Part shown: positions 14,961 to 28,439 of the stretch, piece after piece
Layout of the letters: every line of letters begins with the position of its first letter
Numbering within the stretch: the stretch's first letter is position 1
Origin: Octopus vulgaris
Lineage: Eukaryota
Length of the DNA stretch: 64,000 nucleotides
Reading direction: 5' to 3'
NCBI GenBank assembly: GCA_951406725.2
Contig: OX597820.1
Span: 25,544,001 to 25,608,000 of the forward strand
Notes under the pieces: generated by a model
What the model was told of the DNA's origin: nothing
Database searches by the model: none
Seen by the model: the letters and a program-made list of their open reading frames with translations, nothing else
Translations under genes and position numbers: made by a program

Positions 14961-16375
14961 AATGATAATAATAATAATAATAATGATAATTTCACCTATG
15001 AAATTTCACCTTATCCAAAAAGCCTTTACTCATTGTGATGTTCCTGTTGTCTTTGTTTAGCCCCGGGACAGCCCTGCTTGATCTGATCTATGGTCAAAAG
15101 TATTCTAGATGTAACAATTGCATCTTTATTTTTATTAGCCGTAGTGTATCTAGGACTACATTATCCATATATGAGTGAGATTTGGCTGCCATTTCATGCT
15201 TATTGAGAGAGCCTGAAGGGGCTTTCCCATTGGCTTATCTACAATGTTATCACGTGGTGTACTGAGCTATGAAGTGAAACTGTATGGTGGTGCATGCTGT
15301 GATGTGATGTATTGTACTGTAGCCTGGGTGTACTGTAGCCTGGGTGTTATTGTAAGGACGTAGTATAGAGTGGTCTGATGTGTTCTAGCAACATACTGTG
15401 GTGTGGTTGTAGTGTTGTATAATGTGATGTGGTGAACTGCAATGTGGAGTAGTGTGGTGGCGCATAGTCTGATGTGGTGTGACGTAGCATGGAAAAGGCG
15501 GTTGCGTAGTTCAGATGGAGATTGAATAGGGGCCCTGTAGTGGAATTGATGTAAAGTCATGCCAGTAATAGATGTAATTATAATTGCACTGGAGGCACTG
15601 GTGGTGGCAACAGCAGTGATGGTGGTGTTGGGCAGGAGGGGGTGCTGGTGAAGATCTTTGGTGGTTGTTGTAGTGCTGGTGGTCGTGGCAGTGGTGGCAA
15701 TGGTACAGCTAGTCGTGGTGGTGCTTGGGCGAGAGGGGGTGCTGGTGAAGATTTTAGGTGGTTGCAGTAGCAGTGGCAGTGGTAGAGCGAGTGATGGTGG
15801 TAGTAGTGCTTGTGATGGTGGCGCTGGTGCTTGTGGTCATGGTTATGGTAGTGACGGTGGTGGGGTGGAGGTAGTGGCGGTATTGGTGATGGTGGTGATG
15901 GTGGTGGTGGTGGTTGTAGCAGTCATAGTCACAGCATTAGTAATAGTTGCGGTGCTGGTGCTGGCGGCGATACTGGTGCTCACTATTACCACCACCACCA
16001 CCACCACTACCGCTATCATCAGCATCATCTAACTGCAAGCCTAAATGTGCAGGGCCAGGATGGTACCAGGGAGGTGGTGGTGGCAGTGGTGGCGTCTGAT
16101 GATGATAGTGCTAAAAAAAAGAAAAAAACAAAAGAAGAAAAATTCTTGTGTAGTTGTGTAAGGAGGATGAATTGAGATAAGAGGCTAGAAGTTTCGGGCA
16201 TGGAGAAGCATTTAAGCTGCTGGATAATATATTTCTATCTACAGTGCTAATGATTCTGTCAAGATTGCTCGAATCAGGTATAAAACATGTACATACTCTT
16301 GATAACATTTTTATTACGTTTTTGTTCTTGTTATTGATAAAGATAATAGTAGTGCTTATCGTAATAATAATAATA

Positions 16376-16415
<40 letters not shown>

Positions 16416-17535
16416 GGACAGGTGGGAGTTGGAACATATTTTTCTAGTTTTCCTCAACTTTCTTTGGTGGATTTTTACTTTGTTTTTCTTTTTTGTTTTG
16501 TGTTTTATTTTGTTTTTCTTCTTTTTATTTATTTTGTTTTTCATGCTTTATTTTCTCTTAAATTTCTTGACTTTATTTGATGGAATTTTTCCAAGAAAAG
16601 AAAAAAAAAGAAGGAAGTATTTAGAGAAGCGAGTGAGGGTGGGGTGGGGGTGGAGGGACACGGAGATGTTCTTTTGTATTTTGTTCTTTGTCTTTTCTTT
16701 TTTGCTTATTTTTAGTACTTTTATTGTTTTCGTTATTAAATATGATGGGGAATATTTTTTTCCTTGTATTTCACGTTCGCTTTTTTCCCATGTTGTTCTG
16801 TGTGTGTGTGTCTGTGCGCGCGTGCATACATGTGTGTATGTATGTGAAAAAGAGGGTGGGGAGAGAAGCAGAGAGTTTTCTGCATTTTATTACATCTTTC
16901 TAAGGTATATTATAATGTCTTGGACTGAAAAAGAGAAATAAACTTATCCTGCTACTTACAGTTATCAGCAGCACTAGCAGCAACATCATCATCACCACTA
17001 CCATCACCACCATCATCACCATCAACACCATCATCAAAATCATTAACATCATCATCATCAGTTTCATCTTCGTCGTCATCATCATCACCATCTTCATCAT
17101 CATCATCATCATCTCTGTTGTCCATCAGTCTATTTGGCGTCACTACAATCATCAACAGGCCTCTATCATATCCCTACCACTTACCCATACTGTTGCTATT
17201 ATCGCCATCACTGGTGTTGGCACCAACACTACCACCAACGCCACCCAACACCACCCCCTCCACTATATGACCTTTATTATCTTGTAGTCACTGAAACGGA
17301 AGAAAACAAAACCGTTTCCATGAATCAAAACAAGAACGCAGAAGTTATTGTTTAAAAGTTTGAAACATTGTTATGAAAGACAAAGTTGACTTTAGCAGGA
17401 TTTGAACTCAGAATGTTGAGCTTCAGCAAATACCTCAAGGCATTTTGTCCAACACTGTAATGATTCTTTCTGTCCATCCACTATCCTTATAAATGTTTAT
17501 GATTATTTTATTTTATTTTTGCCGTATCTTTTCAG

Positions 17536-17678
17536 GATGGAGTTGAAGTCGATCTCCCAGACAAAAATGGCAAGACCCCCTTGATGTTGGCTATGGGCCG
17601 GAAACATGAAGCTGTGATATCATACTTAAAAAGAGAATCAAAACAGAGAAAAAGCCTATTTCCACGGTTTGATTTTTG
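17536..17678 (+). CDS. Patsas: Internal exon of ankyrin-repeat DHHC palmitoyltransferase (last ankyrin repeat)
   Basis: Acceptor tttcag| and donor |gtaagt. Translates DGVEVDLPDKNGKTPLMLAMGRKHEAVISYLKRESKQRKSLFPRFDF+TG, with an ankyrin G-TPL-LA motif. Phase-2 end fits the next exon. Confidence 0.9.
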
Positions 17679-18705
17679 GTAAGTCAGTCAGTGTGTGTGT
17701 TTAGTAGTATGCTTTGATGTAATACATTTTATTAGAATTTTTTGACTCAGTCCAGTTTAACATTCCACACACTTATATCCTCATTGTCTTATAACTGTTT
17801 CATCTAAACAGGGACAGACTAAATTGTTATAAAAATAAGCTGTGTTCTATCAGAATAATCACATAACCAAAAAGTGATATTTTCAATGCATTTAATATGC
17901 ATGTTTTAAGTAGTTACATAAGCTAACCTTTATCCAAAACTATCCTCTTCAGTCAATCAACATATAAGTGTGTGTGTGTGTGTGTGTGTGTGATCATCAT
18001 TATCATCATTATTTAACATTCCATACTGCCATGCATTGGACAGTTTGACAAGAGCAGGCCAAGTAGAAGACTACACATATATATGTATATATGAGGTGAA
18101 AATAAGAAAAATCTGGCAATAAAATGTATGGCAAATCCTTTGTTCTATTGATCAATCTACAATGAACATATTCCTACAAATTTTGCTTGAATTTCTAAGA
18201 TGGGTCATTATTGTTATTATACAGTGATACATTTGGACTAGTGTCCAAATCTTCATTGCTATACACACAACATTTCAGCCATTTTCAGGTTACTGTCATA
18301 TTTAGTAACATAGGTGCAGGTGTGGTTATGAGGTTAAGAAGCTTGATTCCCAACCAAGTGGTCTCAAGTTCAATCCCACAGTGCTCCATAAGTAGCATGG
18401 GGCCAGTTTCCTGGTTTCTCTGGGGTATATATTCCTCCCTGGATAGGAAGCTTGTCCATTGCAGAATTACTCATTTTTACCAGCTGAGTTAACTGGTGCA
18501 ACATGAAATGAAGTGTTTTGGACCCATCAGATGTTGTTGAATCATCTAACCCATGCCATCATTACATGATGGTGATGACAATGGTACACATTGGATCATG
18601 AAATCTCAAATGAACATTAACTGAATGGGAAAAAAAGAAATCACAGATTGTGCACCTTTGATAATAAGTCTGCCAGATCTGAGCTAAACAAGAACAACAG
18701 CAACT

Positions 18706-19252
18706 CTTTTACTCATTTCAGTCATTTGACTGCGGTCATGCAGGAGCACCGCCTTTAGTCAAGCAAATCGAACCCAGGATTTATTCTTTGTAAGCCTAAT
18801 ACTTATTCTATCGGTCTCTTTTGTTGAACTGCTAAGTGACGGGGATGTAAACACACACATACAAACATACGGGAAGCTTTATGAAAATAAACAAAAGACG
18901 AAGGCAGGTTTACGGAAATAAACAAAAGACGAAGGCAAGTTTACGGAAATAAACAAAAGACGAAGGCAGGTTTACGGAAATAAACAAAAGACGAAGGCAG
19001 GTGGAATACAAACAAACAATTGTATTAGTATGGTGCTCAGGAATATAAATAAAACAAGTCTTTTACGTTTCGAGCCTACGCTCTTCAACACATACATACG
19101 ACAGGCTTCTTTCAGTTTCCATCTACCAAATCCACTCACAAAGGCCGAGGCTATAGTAGAAGACACTTGCCCAAGGTGCCACGCAGTGGGACTGAACCCA
19201 GAACCATGTGGTTGGTAAGAAAGCTACTTACCACACAGCCACTCCTGTGCCT
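18706..19252 (-). mobile_element. SINE family B with a nested hammerhead-bearing insertion (about 18871-19090)
   Basis: SINE halves on both sides; the insert holds a 31-bp tandem repeat (aaataaacaaaagacgaaggcaggtttacgg) and is homologous to 45752-45909. Confidence 0.8.
19058..19090 (-). ncRNA. 5'-truncated minimal hammerhead-like motif (CUGUNGAA variant)
   Basis: Minus strand TGTTGAA GAGC gtag GCTC GAAA CG TA AAAGAC; lacks C3 and the 5' strand of stem I. Confidence 0.5.
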
Positions 19253-19524
19253 ATGAATTTGTTTATAAACAAAGTCAACTTAAATTTAAGAAAAGCAGTC
19301 GGAATTGTGGAAACAACTCTTAAAGTATCCAAGTAAAATAATTAATTATTTATTGGAAAATTATGAACTCTAGCATTGATTTTGTCATATGGATGTTCCA
19401 ATCATTTGATTGATGAAACTACCTAACTGTCTACTTATTGAACTGTGTTTTAAGTAGTTTGTATTCTGGAGACACTTGTACCAAGGATGTACTTACATGT
19501 CGTGTGTGTGTGTGTGTGTAAGGA

Positions 19525-19567
<43 letters not shown>

Positions 19568-19677
19568 CATACATATACATTTATGTACAAATATATGTGT
19601 TTACATATGTATGTGTGTGTGAGTGTGTGCATGTATGCATATATCGTCAGGGGACATTAAAACAATATATATAAAAC

Positions 19678-19729
<52 letters not shown>

Positions 19730-19778
19730 GCATATATATGTATGTATGTATGCATATATATGTATGTATGTATGCATA

Positions 19779-19830
<52 letters not shown>

Positions 19831-21470
19831 CACACATATATGTGTGTGTGTGTATATATATTTGCATGTGTGTGTATGTAATCTTATGCATACATATATA
19901 CTTACCTACAGAACATGTAAAGTTGCAAATAATTATAAGAAATAAAAACTTAGACACACACATACGTACATCTGTAAACACTGGTGTGTAAAATAATAAA
20001 ATAATACATTATGTGTATTTGCGTAAAATCTCATATAGACACATATCCATAGGCATGTGCACACAGTCACACACACAGAGACAAGCACGTGGTATTGAGA
20101 TGAATGCAGGACGATAGATAAAAAAAAATAGAGAGGCATAGAGACTACCGATGCCTTCCTATTTCCCCTCTAATGGCAGCAAGAACCAATAGACGATGAT
20201 ATCTTGCTAGTTTAAAAATATGCATTGTGCAGCAAATGTCATTATCATGTGACTGTTTGATGATAATGATAATGAAAACGATGATGATAATAACAACAAC
20301 AACAACAAACAAACAAACAACAGTAACTAAGGATTGTTCAAGCAGTTCTAAATTAGACATTTCATTTCGGACAAAAATACCTCCTTTTATAAAATGACTT
20401 CAAATTTTTAACCAGATTATAATACATGACATTCAAATTAATTAGTCGATCGTTTGTGTTTGATTTTTTTTTATTATATTTTGTTTTTGTTTTCTGATTT
20501 TGAGGGATTTTTTTTTTTGATAATTTTTCTGATTTTTTAAAATATTTTTATATACAATTTTTATGAAGAGGAGGAGGAGGAAGAGATGAAAGTGAGGTGG
20601 AGGTAGTTATTTTATATCATAGTTTTAATTATTCTACATCTTAGCCAAATGTTGAAGAGAGGAAATGAATCAAAATCTTTTTTTATTTCTTCTTCTTCTT
20701 TTACACCATTACCACCACCACACTCTTTCTGTTTAAAACAAAACTTTTTAATTTAGAATTTTGAAAGGAGTGTATGGCAAAAGAGAGAGAGAAAGAATGA
20801 AAGGGAGAGAGGTAAAAAAAATTACAAAAAAGTTAAAAATATAAAAAGCAAATGAAAAATTATATTTCTGCCTTAGAAATTTCACTCACTAATAATTAAG
20901 AAATTATCATTAGTATAATTAAAATTGAGGGTGACAAATTGAAAGTATTGGTATTGTGCCAGGTTCTTCCAATGTGGCCTTCTTTGTATTTGGTAATTAA
21001 TTTCATCCCTCTTATATTCTGTATTCAAACCCCAGTAGGATTGACATTGTTTTTTAACCTTACATGGGTGAAGGGGATCATTAAAGTAGGTACCAGTCTT
21101 AAACTGGGGACAGGATTTCTTATTCTATGGAAATCCTCCTTCCTTCATCATCATTTTAATGTCCATTTTTCTATGCTCGCATCAGTCAGACAGAATTTGT
21201 TGAGGCAACTTTTTTTTTTTTTTTCCAAAACTGGATGCTCTTCTTGTCACCAACCCTCACCTGTTTCGAAGTTTGGTAATATTTCTTCATGACCAGACAT
21301 GTTTTCAAGGAAAACTGGAAACAAAAAGTACCACTTTTAAAAAAATAAGTACTGGGGTCAGCTTATTTTAAAAAATATGTACTGGGGTTAATATATTCGA
21401 CTGAAAATTCTTCAAGGTGATGCCTCAATATGGCCATAGTCCGATGACTGAAGCAAGTAAAAGATCAAAA

Positions 21471-21505
<35 letters not shown>

Positions 21506-22289
21506 GCAACTCTAGGTCATCAGCTTCACTCAGGTGCATCACTGATTTCGCATGAGACACATTCCTGCTCAAAGAATTTCACATTTTTCCACAATAATTC
21601 TAGCCCCAAATGGGTTATTTTTTTATATCTAGCACTATGTCTTTCTCCATTTCTAAGTTAAAGGTAAAAATAAAGCAACCCTGCAAAACACAACTGATAT
21701 TTATACACAGAAGTACAGAATAACAGCAATCAAATAATGACAGCGGAGTGCACAACACACAACAGCGATATGACTGTTACCTGTACTCTTAACAAGAGAT
21801 GCCAGTTCATCTTTAACACCTTCCAATCTCGTTTGTATTAGCCCGAGTTGTTGGATAATTTTTCCATTCCTTTAAGAATACTGTAGAATGGAAACTTTTC
21901 ATAGATTGGAATTTAAATCCTAATCTTGATGGAAATTTATTGTTTCAAGAAAACATTGCATTTGAATTACTTTTAATTTTTATAATTATAAATAACAACT
22001 TGGGCTGTAACTTCTGAGCCCAAGTCAGGCATGTGTGAGCAATATCGAGAGAACATCTGCTCCGAATATTTTTTGACACAGGGCATCTCTAAAACGACTG
22101 CTAGACACTGAACAAAAAAAATGAACTATGACCAGGCTCAATGAAAGGAGTTATGAGCTGCAATTACATACTTGATGTCAATGTTGGCAGAAATTTAAAT
22201 CAGCTGCAAATACACGGTCACTTCACTAAGTTTATATTCAGACTAAGCCCAAGTGCCGGAGTTGCCACTGATGTGTATGGGTGTGTGTG

Positions 22290-22622
22290 TGTTTATGAAT
22301 TTGTTTTGCAAGAATTTTGATGTGAAATCATGTGTTGAGACAGATATTGTTATATTTTGGGATGGTCAATTTTTTTTTCTCCATATAAACACATGCACTA
22401 TATATTCATTCTTCACATGTTTGCTATTGTTCTTATTTTATATTATGTCCATTGTCTGGAAATATTTTGTCATGCATTTGACAATGAACTAGGCAGAGTA
22501 GGAGGATACACATGGATGGAAAGTGTCTCTGAAGAGGTCACAGATGCGTGATGAAAGATTTCCAGATATTGGACATAAGATAAAATAAGAACAATAATAA
22601 ACAAGTGAAGAATGAATATATA
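22290..22622. mobile_element. Inverted-repeat (Penelope pLTR-like) non-coding element
   Basis: 22399-22482 is an imperfect reverse complement of 22537-22622; same family as 48051-49032. Confidence 0.75.
22522..22570 (+). ncRNA. Hammerhead-like motif, canonical core, degenerate stems I and III
   Basis: agtgtct CTGAAGA G GTCAC agatgc GTGAT GAAA gatttcc agatatt. Confidence 0.5.
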
Positions 22623-22892
22623 TATATATATATATATAAACAAAAGGATAAAAGTATAAACAGGCAAAGTAACTGGTATCAGGTTAGATTCTGACATGAT
22701 ATTACTTGAATTGTGTGTATGTGCATACACATATGTGTACATGTGTGTGTGAAAATGCACATACACACATACTCAAGAACACACACACATATATATATTG
22801 TTTGCATTGAGCAATAAATGTCATTATTATGTGATTGTTTGATGATAATAATAATAAGAAGAATCTCTTTTTATTTTTCTCTCCTTTACCAG

Positions 22893-22989
22893 GTCCATTT
22901 TGTTCGGCCCTCCTGGCAATAGTAAAACTCCTATGTTGTTCCTAGTGACAAGTGTTCTTTTTTGGGGATACCCGATGTATGTGTTCAAG
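22893..22989 (+). CDS. Patsas: Internal exon of DHHC palmitoyltransferase (first TM region)
   Basis: Polypyrimidine tract + ccag| and donor |gtaaga. Completes TG|G (W), then SILFGPPGNSKTPMLFLVTSVLFWGYPMYVFK, resembling the Patsas-type LFG..G.SK.P....SVL.WGYPMY segment (recalled, not searched). Confidence 0.9.
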
Positions 22990-23261
22990 GTAAGAACTCA
23001 TTATTATTATATACCTGATAGTTTTACTTACAGGGTCCTTTGCTCTATTAGTTGGCGTTGAAAAATCTACACATAGCAAAGTGGCCTGTGAGAACATTTC
23101 AAACAATATTGAAGGATGCTGCAAAGAAAATTTGAATTAATTGCATGTTCAATGAAGAATTTAGTGTAAGCACTGTTTCTGTGGTTATTTTTACCATGTT
23201 GAACAAAATTCCTTTAAGGTTCCAGAGTGGTGAGATCTTAAAATTCAAGGGAATACTGAGT

Positions 23262-23293
<32 letters not shown>

Positions 23294-25026
23294 GTTTGTT
23301 TGTTTGTTTTTGTTAGTGGGGTTGTTTTGTTTTTGGTTCTTTTAGAAAAAAGCCCATCTGATATTCATGGACCTCTTGTTACCTCCTTAGACCCCAAAAC
23401 CAATGTACGAGCTGAAGAACTCCTCTTATAGGTCCTGTATGTAGGCAGAGAAGACCAGAAGTGGAAGAATTTCAGAGAGCCATTACCTTTTGCCACCAAA
23501 AGGATTCACTTCATGCAAAAAGCAGATTATGGTCAACAGGTTCAATTGCCATGAGGGTGGAAACATGTAACATCAGGGCCCATTTTACTCAGTGTGAAAT
23601 ACATAGAAAGACCCAGGTGGTGCACGGTGGTGAGACATGAATCATAGACTAAAGACTATGAATGGATGCATTATGCTAAGCTTGCATGGAAGTTTGTACA
23701 GCACAAAAGAATTACGGTTGAGCCTGAGCATTGAGGGCATCAGCTGATGGTAATTGCAGAGCTGTTATTGTTTAGTCCCAGGTCATCAATGATCAAGCAG
23801 ATCCGTGATCAGGGATGTTCCGGTTGTGACCATACCATATTTTATTTGGTGTGTTCAGGATTGCATTATTTAATTTTTTTCCCTTCTTCAGAACAACAGG
23901 GTGTAATTTGAAGGATATTTGGCTGCCATTTCATAGATCAAGCAACCATGTCAAGGCTCCCTCATTGGCTTCCTTTGTTGCTGAACTGCATGTTAGCTTG
24001 AATGAATAGACCTGTAGTCAAAGATATACCAGCTGTGGCCATTATGTCTTTGTATATCTAGGACTGCAACCCTCTCTAGCTGAGCATCACTAATCTTGCG
24101 GGCTCATAGATGCTGGTGCCACATAAAAAGCACCAGTGCTGGTGCTGTATAAGAGCACCCAGTACACGCTGTAAAGTGGTTGGTGTTAGGAAAGGCACCC
24201 AGCTGTAGAAACTATGCCAAAATAGACATGGAACCTGAACAGTTCTTCAGTTTGGCAGCTCCTGGTGAATCTATGCCAGCATGGAAAACAGGCGTTAAAT
24301 GATGATGATAATAATGATGATGATATCTTCATAATTTATTGAAACAAAGACAGAGTGGAATTATGGTAACTAAAAGGATTAAGAAAAAAACCTACCAGCA
24401 AAAGCATTTCATACCATGAAACATCCTATCTTTTTGAGGTTGCTTTGAATTTCATTATCTAATCTATCTATCCCTGTTCAAGAAGGTAGATGGTGTTGAT
24501 TTCAGGGTGATATCATTATTATCATCTAGTGTAAGACAGCATGCTGGCAGAATCATTAGCACACTGGACAAAATACTTGGTGGCATTTTGTCACTCTTTA
24601 TATTCTGAGTTCAAATATCACATATGCCTTTCATCCTTCAGAGATCGATAAAATAAGTACCAGTGAAACCCTGGGGTCGAAGTAATCAACTTAACCTCTT
24701 CTGAAATTACTGGCCTCATGCCAAAATTGGAAACCATTATTATTATCATCATCATCTAGTGAACCATAACCATCAAAAGCCATTGGTGTCTTGCATTTGT
24801 GCCATTCTGCAGCTGATGCAGCTCACTCTCAGTTGAACAGACAGGAGCTATCATCATTATCATCATTTAACATCCATTTTTCCATGCTGGCATGGGTTGG
24901 ACAGTCTGACAGGAGCGGCAAGCCAGAGGACTGCAGCCAGGCTCCACTGTCTGTTTTGACATGGCTGTTACAGCTGGGTGCCCTTCATAACACCAGTGAT
25001 GCAATGCACCAGCTGATCCAGGAATC

Positions 25027-25522
25027 AAAGGTAAAGTTATATTCTCAAGTCATACTGACTTATAAGGGCCAGTTTCCTGGTTTCATGGTGTATATATTCA
25101 CCACCTGGATGGGATGGCAGTCCATCACAGGATTACTCCTTTTTGCCAGCTGAGTGGACTGGAGCAACATGAAATGAAATACTTTGTTCAAGAGCACAAC
25201 ATGCTGCTTGGTCCAATAATCAAAGCAATCTTACAATGAGTCCAACACCCTAACCACTAAACTACATGCCTCCACAAAAGTAAAGTTCCTTCCTGAGTCA
25301 TACAGACTCATAGGGCTGGTTTCTGTGACATATATATTCCTCACCTAGAAGGGGACTCTGGCCCATTGCAGGATTAGTCATTTCTGCCAGCTGAGTGGAC
25401 TGGAGAAACGTGAAATAAAGTATTTTGCTCAAGAGTATAACGCATCACCCAGTCCAGGAATCGAAACCACAATCTTACAATCATGAGTCCAACACCCTAA
25501 CCCCTATGCCATACACCTCCAA
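25027..25522 (-). mobile_element. Two tandem copies of a tRNA-derived SINE (family C)
   Basis: Duplicated gccagctgagtggactggag...gagtccaacaccctaacc blocks about 250 bp apart. Confidence 0.75.
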
Positions 25523-26454
25523 TCCAGGAATTGAACCTGCAGTTTTAGAATCATGGGCCTAACAGTCTACTCTATGGCAGAGATATAGCTGATATTTATT
25601 GGTAGCAGATGGTGGTTGATAATTGGTGGTGTATTTATCTTACATAAAACTATTAATATTTCATATTCAATCTTGCCATCTTGTTTCATTTATTGCTCCA
25701 GTATATTTTTCCTCTCTTAAAATTTAATATCCTCTATTGTGTAATCTTTTTCTCTTGTTAGTTTAATCTTTTGATAGAAGACATGTCTTTTTGTCTGTTG
25801 CACTTGTGACACCGTATGTAGCCTTGGAAACATTTTTACTACAGGCAAACCCACGTTGTTGACTAGCTGCATCAACTAAAATATATATCAATGCACACAC
25901 AGCTTATGTGCACATACATACATGTATACATACATATGTATGTGCGTACGTATATACATAGTCTCACCCTTGCAAGTACTGAATAGTCATTAACATGTTA
26001 CTGCTGCTGCTGTTGATGATGATGATGATGTGTGTGTGTGTTTACACACATATCAATGTGTTGTTGTTTTTTTATGTTGAATCATTAATGAAACAATCAA
26101 ACATTAACTGAAGGAGCACTCAATACATTTATGCAGAGTATAAAATTTATTTTTACAAGGAAAATGAATGACTGTGTGTGTGTATGTGTGTAAATGCACA
26201 CACATATACATATACTGTCATCTGCTTCATAGATCTGTTTTCCATAATGGTATGCATAGGACTACTGACATCATATATATATATTCACATAGATTTCATC
26301 ATCATCATCATTATCATATACATATATATATCTGAAGACCCAAAAGCAGGTAAGGCTATATAAGTACTACGGAAGGACTGTTGTTAAGCTCCCAGTTCAA
26401 TGATAGCATGAGTGAGGAGTTTAACGCAGGTCGTATGTGAGTGAGCGTGTATAT

Positions 26455-26631
26455 GTTAAATAAAATAAGATAACAAGGCCAAGGCAATTCCTTCAATTGA
26501 AGCTCTTTTAACTCATCTCTGATGATGGGATATCATTTATTTCCCTGAAACAGCTGTAAGACCATCTTTCTATTTATAAATCTCCTAGAAATATCAAATT
26601 GCCTTGGCCTTGTTATCTTATTTTATTTAAC
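26455..26631. repeat. Perfect 35-bp inverted repeat enclosing a hammerhead motif
   Basis: gttaaataaaataagataacaaggccaaggcaatt (26455-26489) and its exact reverse complement (26597-26631). Confidence 0.95.
26516..26561 (+). ncRNA. Minimal type-I hammerhead ribozyme motif
   Basis: tct CTGATGA t GGGA tatcatttatt TCCC t GAAA CAGCTG TA aga; canonical core, palindromic stem III, stem I only 3 bp. Confidence 0.7.
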
Positions 26632-27350
26632 GTGTGTGCACACATAAAACTGAGTGATGTCAATAAGATGATATAACAAAATATTGAATGTGTTTCAGAT
26701 CAAGTGATTTTGATAACAATAACCATTTTGATAACATTATTCTCAATTATAATAAACAACTTTCACGATGTGTGTGTGTAATATACATTCATATAAGTAT
26801 ACGAACACACTTCTAAGCATGCACAGCTACATGTATGTGTGATTTTAAGAGCATAGCTTTATTCGGTCGTGTAGTACATTTTTTTTTACATTTTTTTTTA
26901 TTTATTTCGTTTTCTTATTAGTTTCCTTGGTGTCATCAGTGGTTTATATACATAAAGTCCTCCCAGGTAGTTTTCAATGAATATCTTAAGATTATTTGAC
27001 CTTGTCGTCATCCTACACAATGACAGGACGTCAATATGTGTTTCGTATAACAAACGCATGGGCACACACACATATATATCAGTTCATGTCAAACCATCCT
27101 GCCCATACCTGCATTGAAAACAGACATTAACTGATGATGATGATGACAATGAAGACAACGATGATACATATGTATGTATGTATGTATGTATGTATGCATG
27201 CATGTATGTATGCATGCATGTATGTATGCATGTATGTATGCATGTATGTATGCATGTATGTATGTATGCATGTATGTATGCATGCATGTATGTATGCATG
27301 TATGTATGCATGTATGTATGCATGTATGCATGTATGTGTATGTATGTATA

Positions 27351-27394
<44 letters not shown>

Positions 27395-27763
27395 TTCTTG
27401 TCCACATTGTCATTGGATATTGTGAGGATTATTAATAGTAAAGTTTAATATAAACACCATGTTTTGTGGGGTTTTTTATGTACTCTGACTTAATATTAAA
27501 ACATATAGTTTGTTAGTTTCTTTTGGCATTAAAACATAAGCTTTTGCTTTTTTATATATCTAATCTTATGCATAATGATAGCACATTGTTTCAGGGACTG
27601 GACTGTCCTTTTGACAGTTTTAATACATCCTGTTATGCAATGTTTTGCAAAAGCTTCTTTGCTTCAAGGATTATAATTTATCTATGAAATAACATGGAGA
27701 GAAATTTGCCAACACAACCCCTTGTGAGCCTGTGTGTCCTTTCTATTTTACAGTTCTTTTACT

Positions 27764-27951
27764 ATTGCAGCGTGGAAGGAGTTTATAAGCTATTTAAGAA
27801 ACACACAAAAACTGTTAGATTCACTTCAACATTTAAATTTAATTTGCCAAAATATTTTCGTCGCTTTGAGACCGTGACCTGTTCACTGACAAAATTTCGT
27901 TTCAGCACACGGTCTCAGATCAGGTCACTTGCTATGCAAGTACATCTCCGT
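27764..27951 (-). mobile_element. 188-bp insertion with 12-bp TSD carrying a hammerhead variant
   Basis: Direct repeat agttcttttact at 27752-27763 and 27952-27963. Confidence 0.75.
27843..27893 (-). ncRNA. Minimal hammerhead, G3-C8 core variant
   Basis: Minus strand TTTGTCA GTGAACA G GTCAC ggtctcaaa GCGAC GAAA ATAT TT TGGCAAA; 7-bp stem I, palindromic AATATT stem III. Confidence 0.7.
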
Positions 27952-28439
27952 AGTTCTTTTACTGTTCACTTTTTAGTCTTGTGTTTTATCTGGTCTACCA
28001 TGCATGGACATTTGGGATGTATTCTGCCATTTTAAAAAGGGAAGAACAAATAGCTTTATGTAAAAAGGTAAAGAGTAAAGATCCCTTTTGGTCATGAATG
28101 ACCATAGGATTGCACCTAGAAAGTTCCCCTCCAAGGCACAAGTCCAGGCAAGGTGGTTTATGGAAGACCAGCAGTCACCCATGCATACTCATCTCCACAC
28201 CACCGATGTTATCCAAGGGAAAGACTAAGACCAATACAGTTTGGCACCAGTGACGTCACAACTCATTTCTATAGCTGAGTGAACTGGAGCAACGTGAAAT
28301 AAAGTGTCTTGCTCAAGAACACAACACACAGCCCAGTCTGTGAATCAAACTCACCACCTCATGATTGTGAGACTGATGCTTTAACTACTGAGCGATACTG
28401 TATGTAGTCCTCAATATACTTATATCTTTATCTTTTTTC

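Noticed and set aside
15590-16110. Val/Gly-rich TM-like ORFs
   Set aside because: Degenerate (GGT)n repeat.
18885-19002. CRISPR-like 31-bp repeats
   Set aside because: Head-to-tail with no spacers, in a eukaryotic context.
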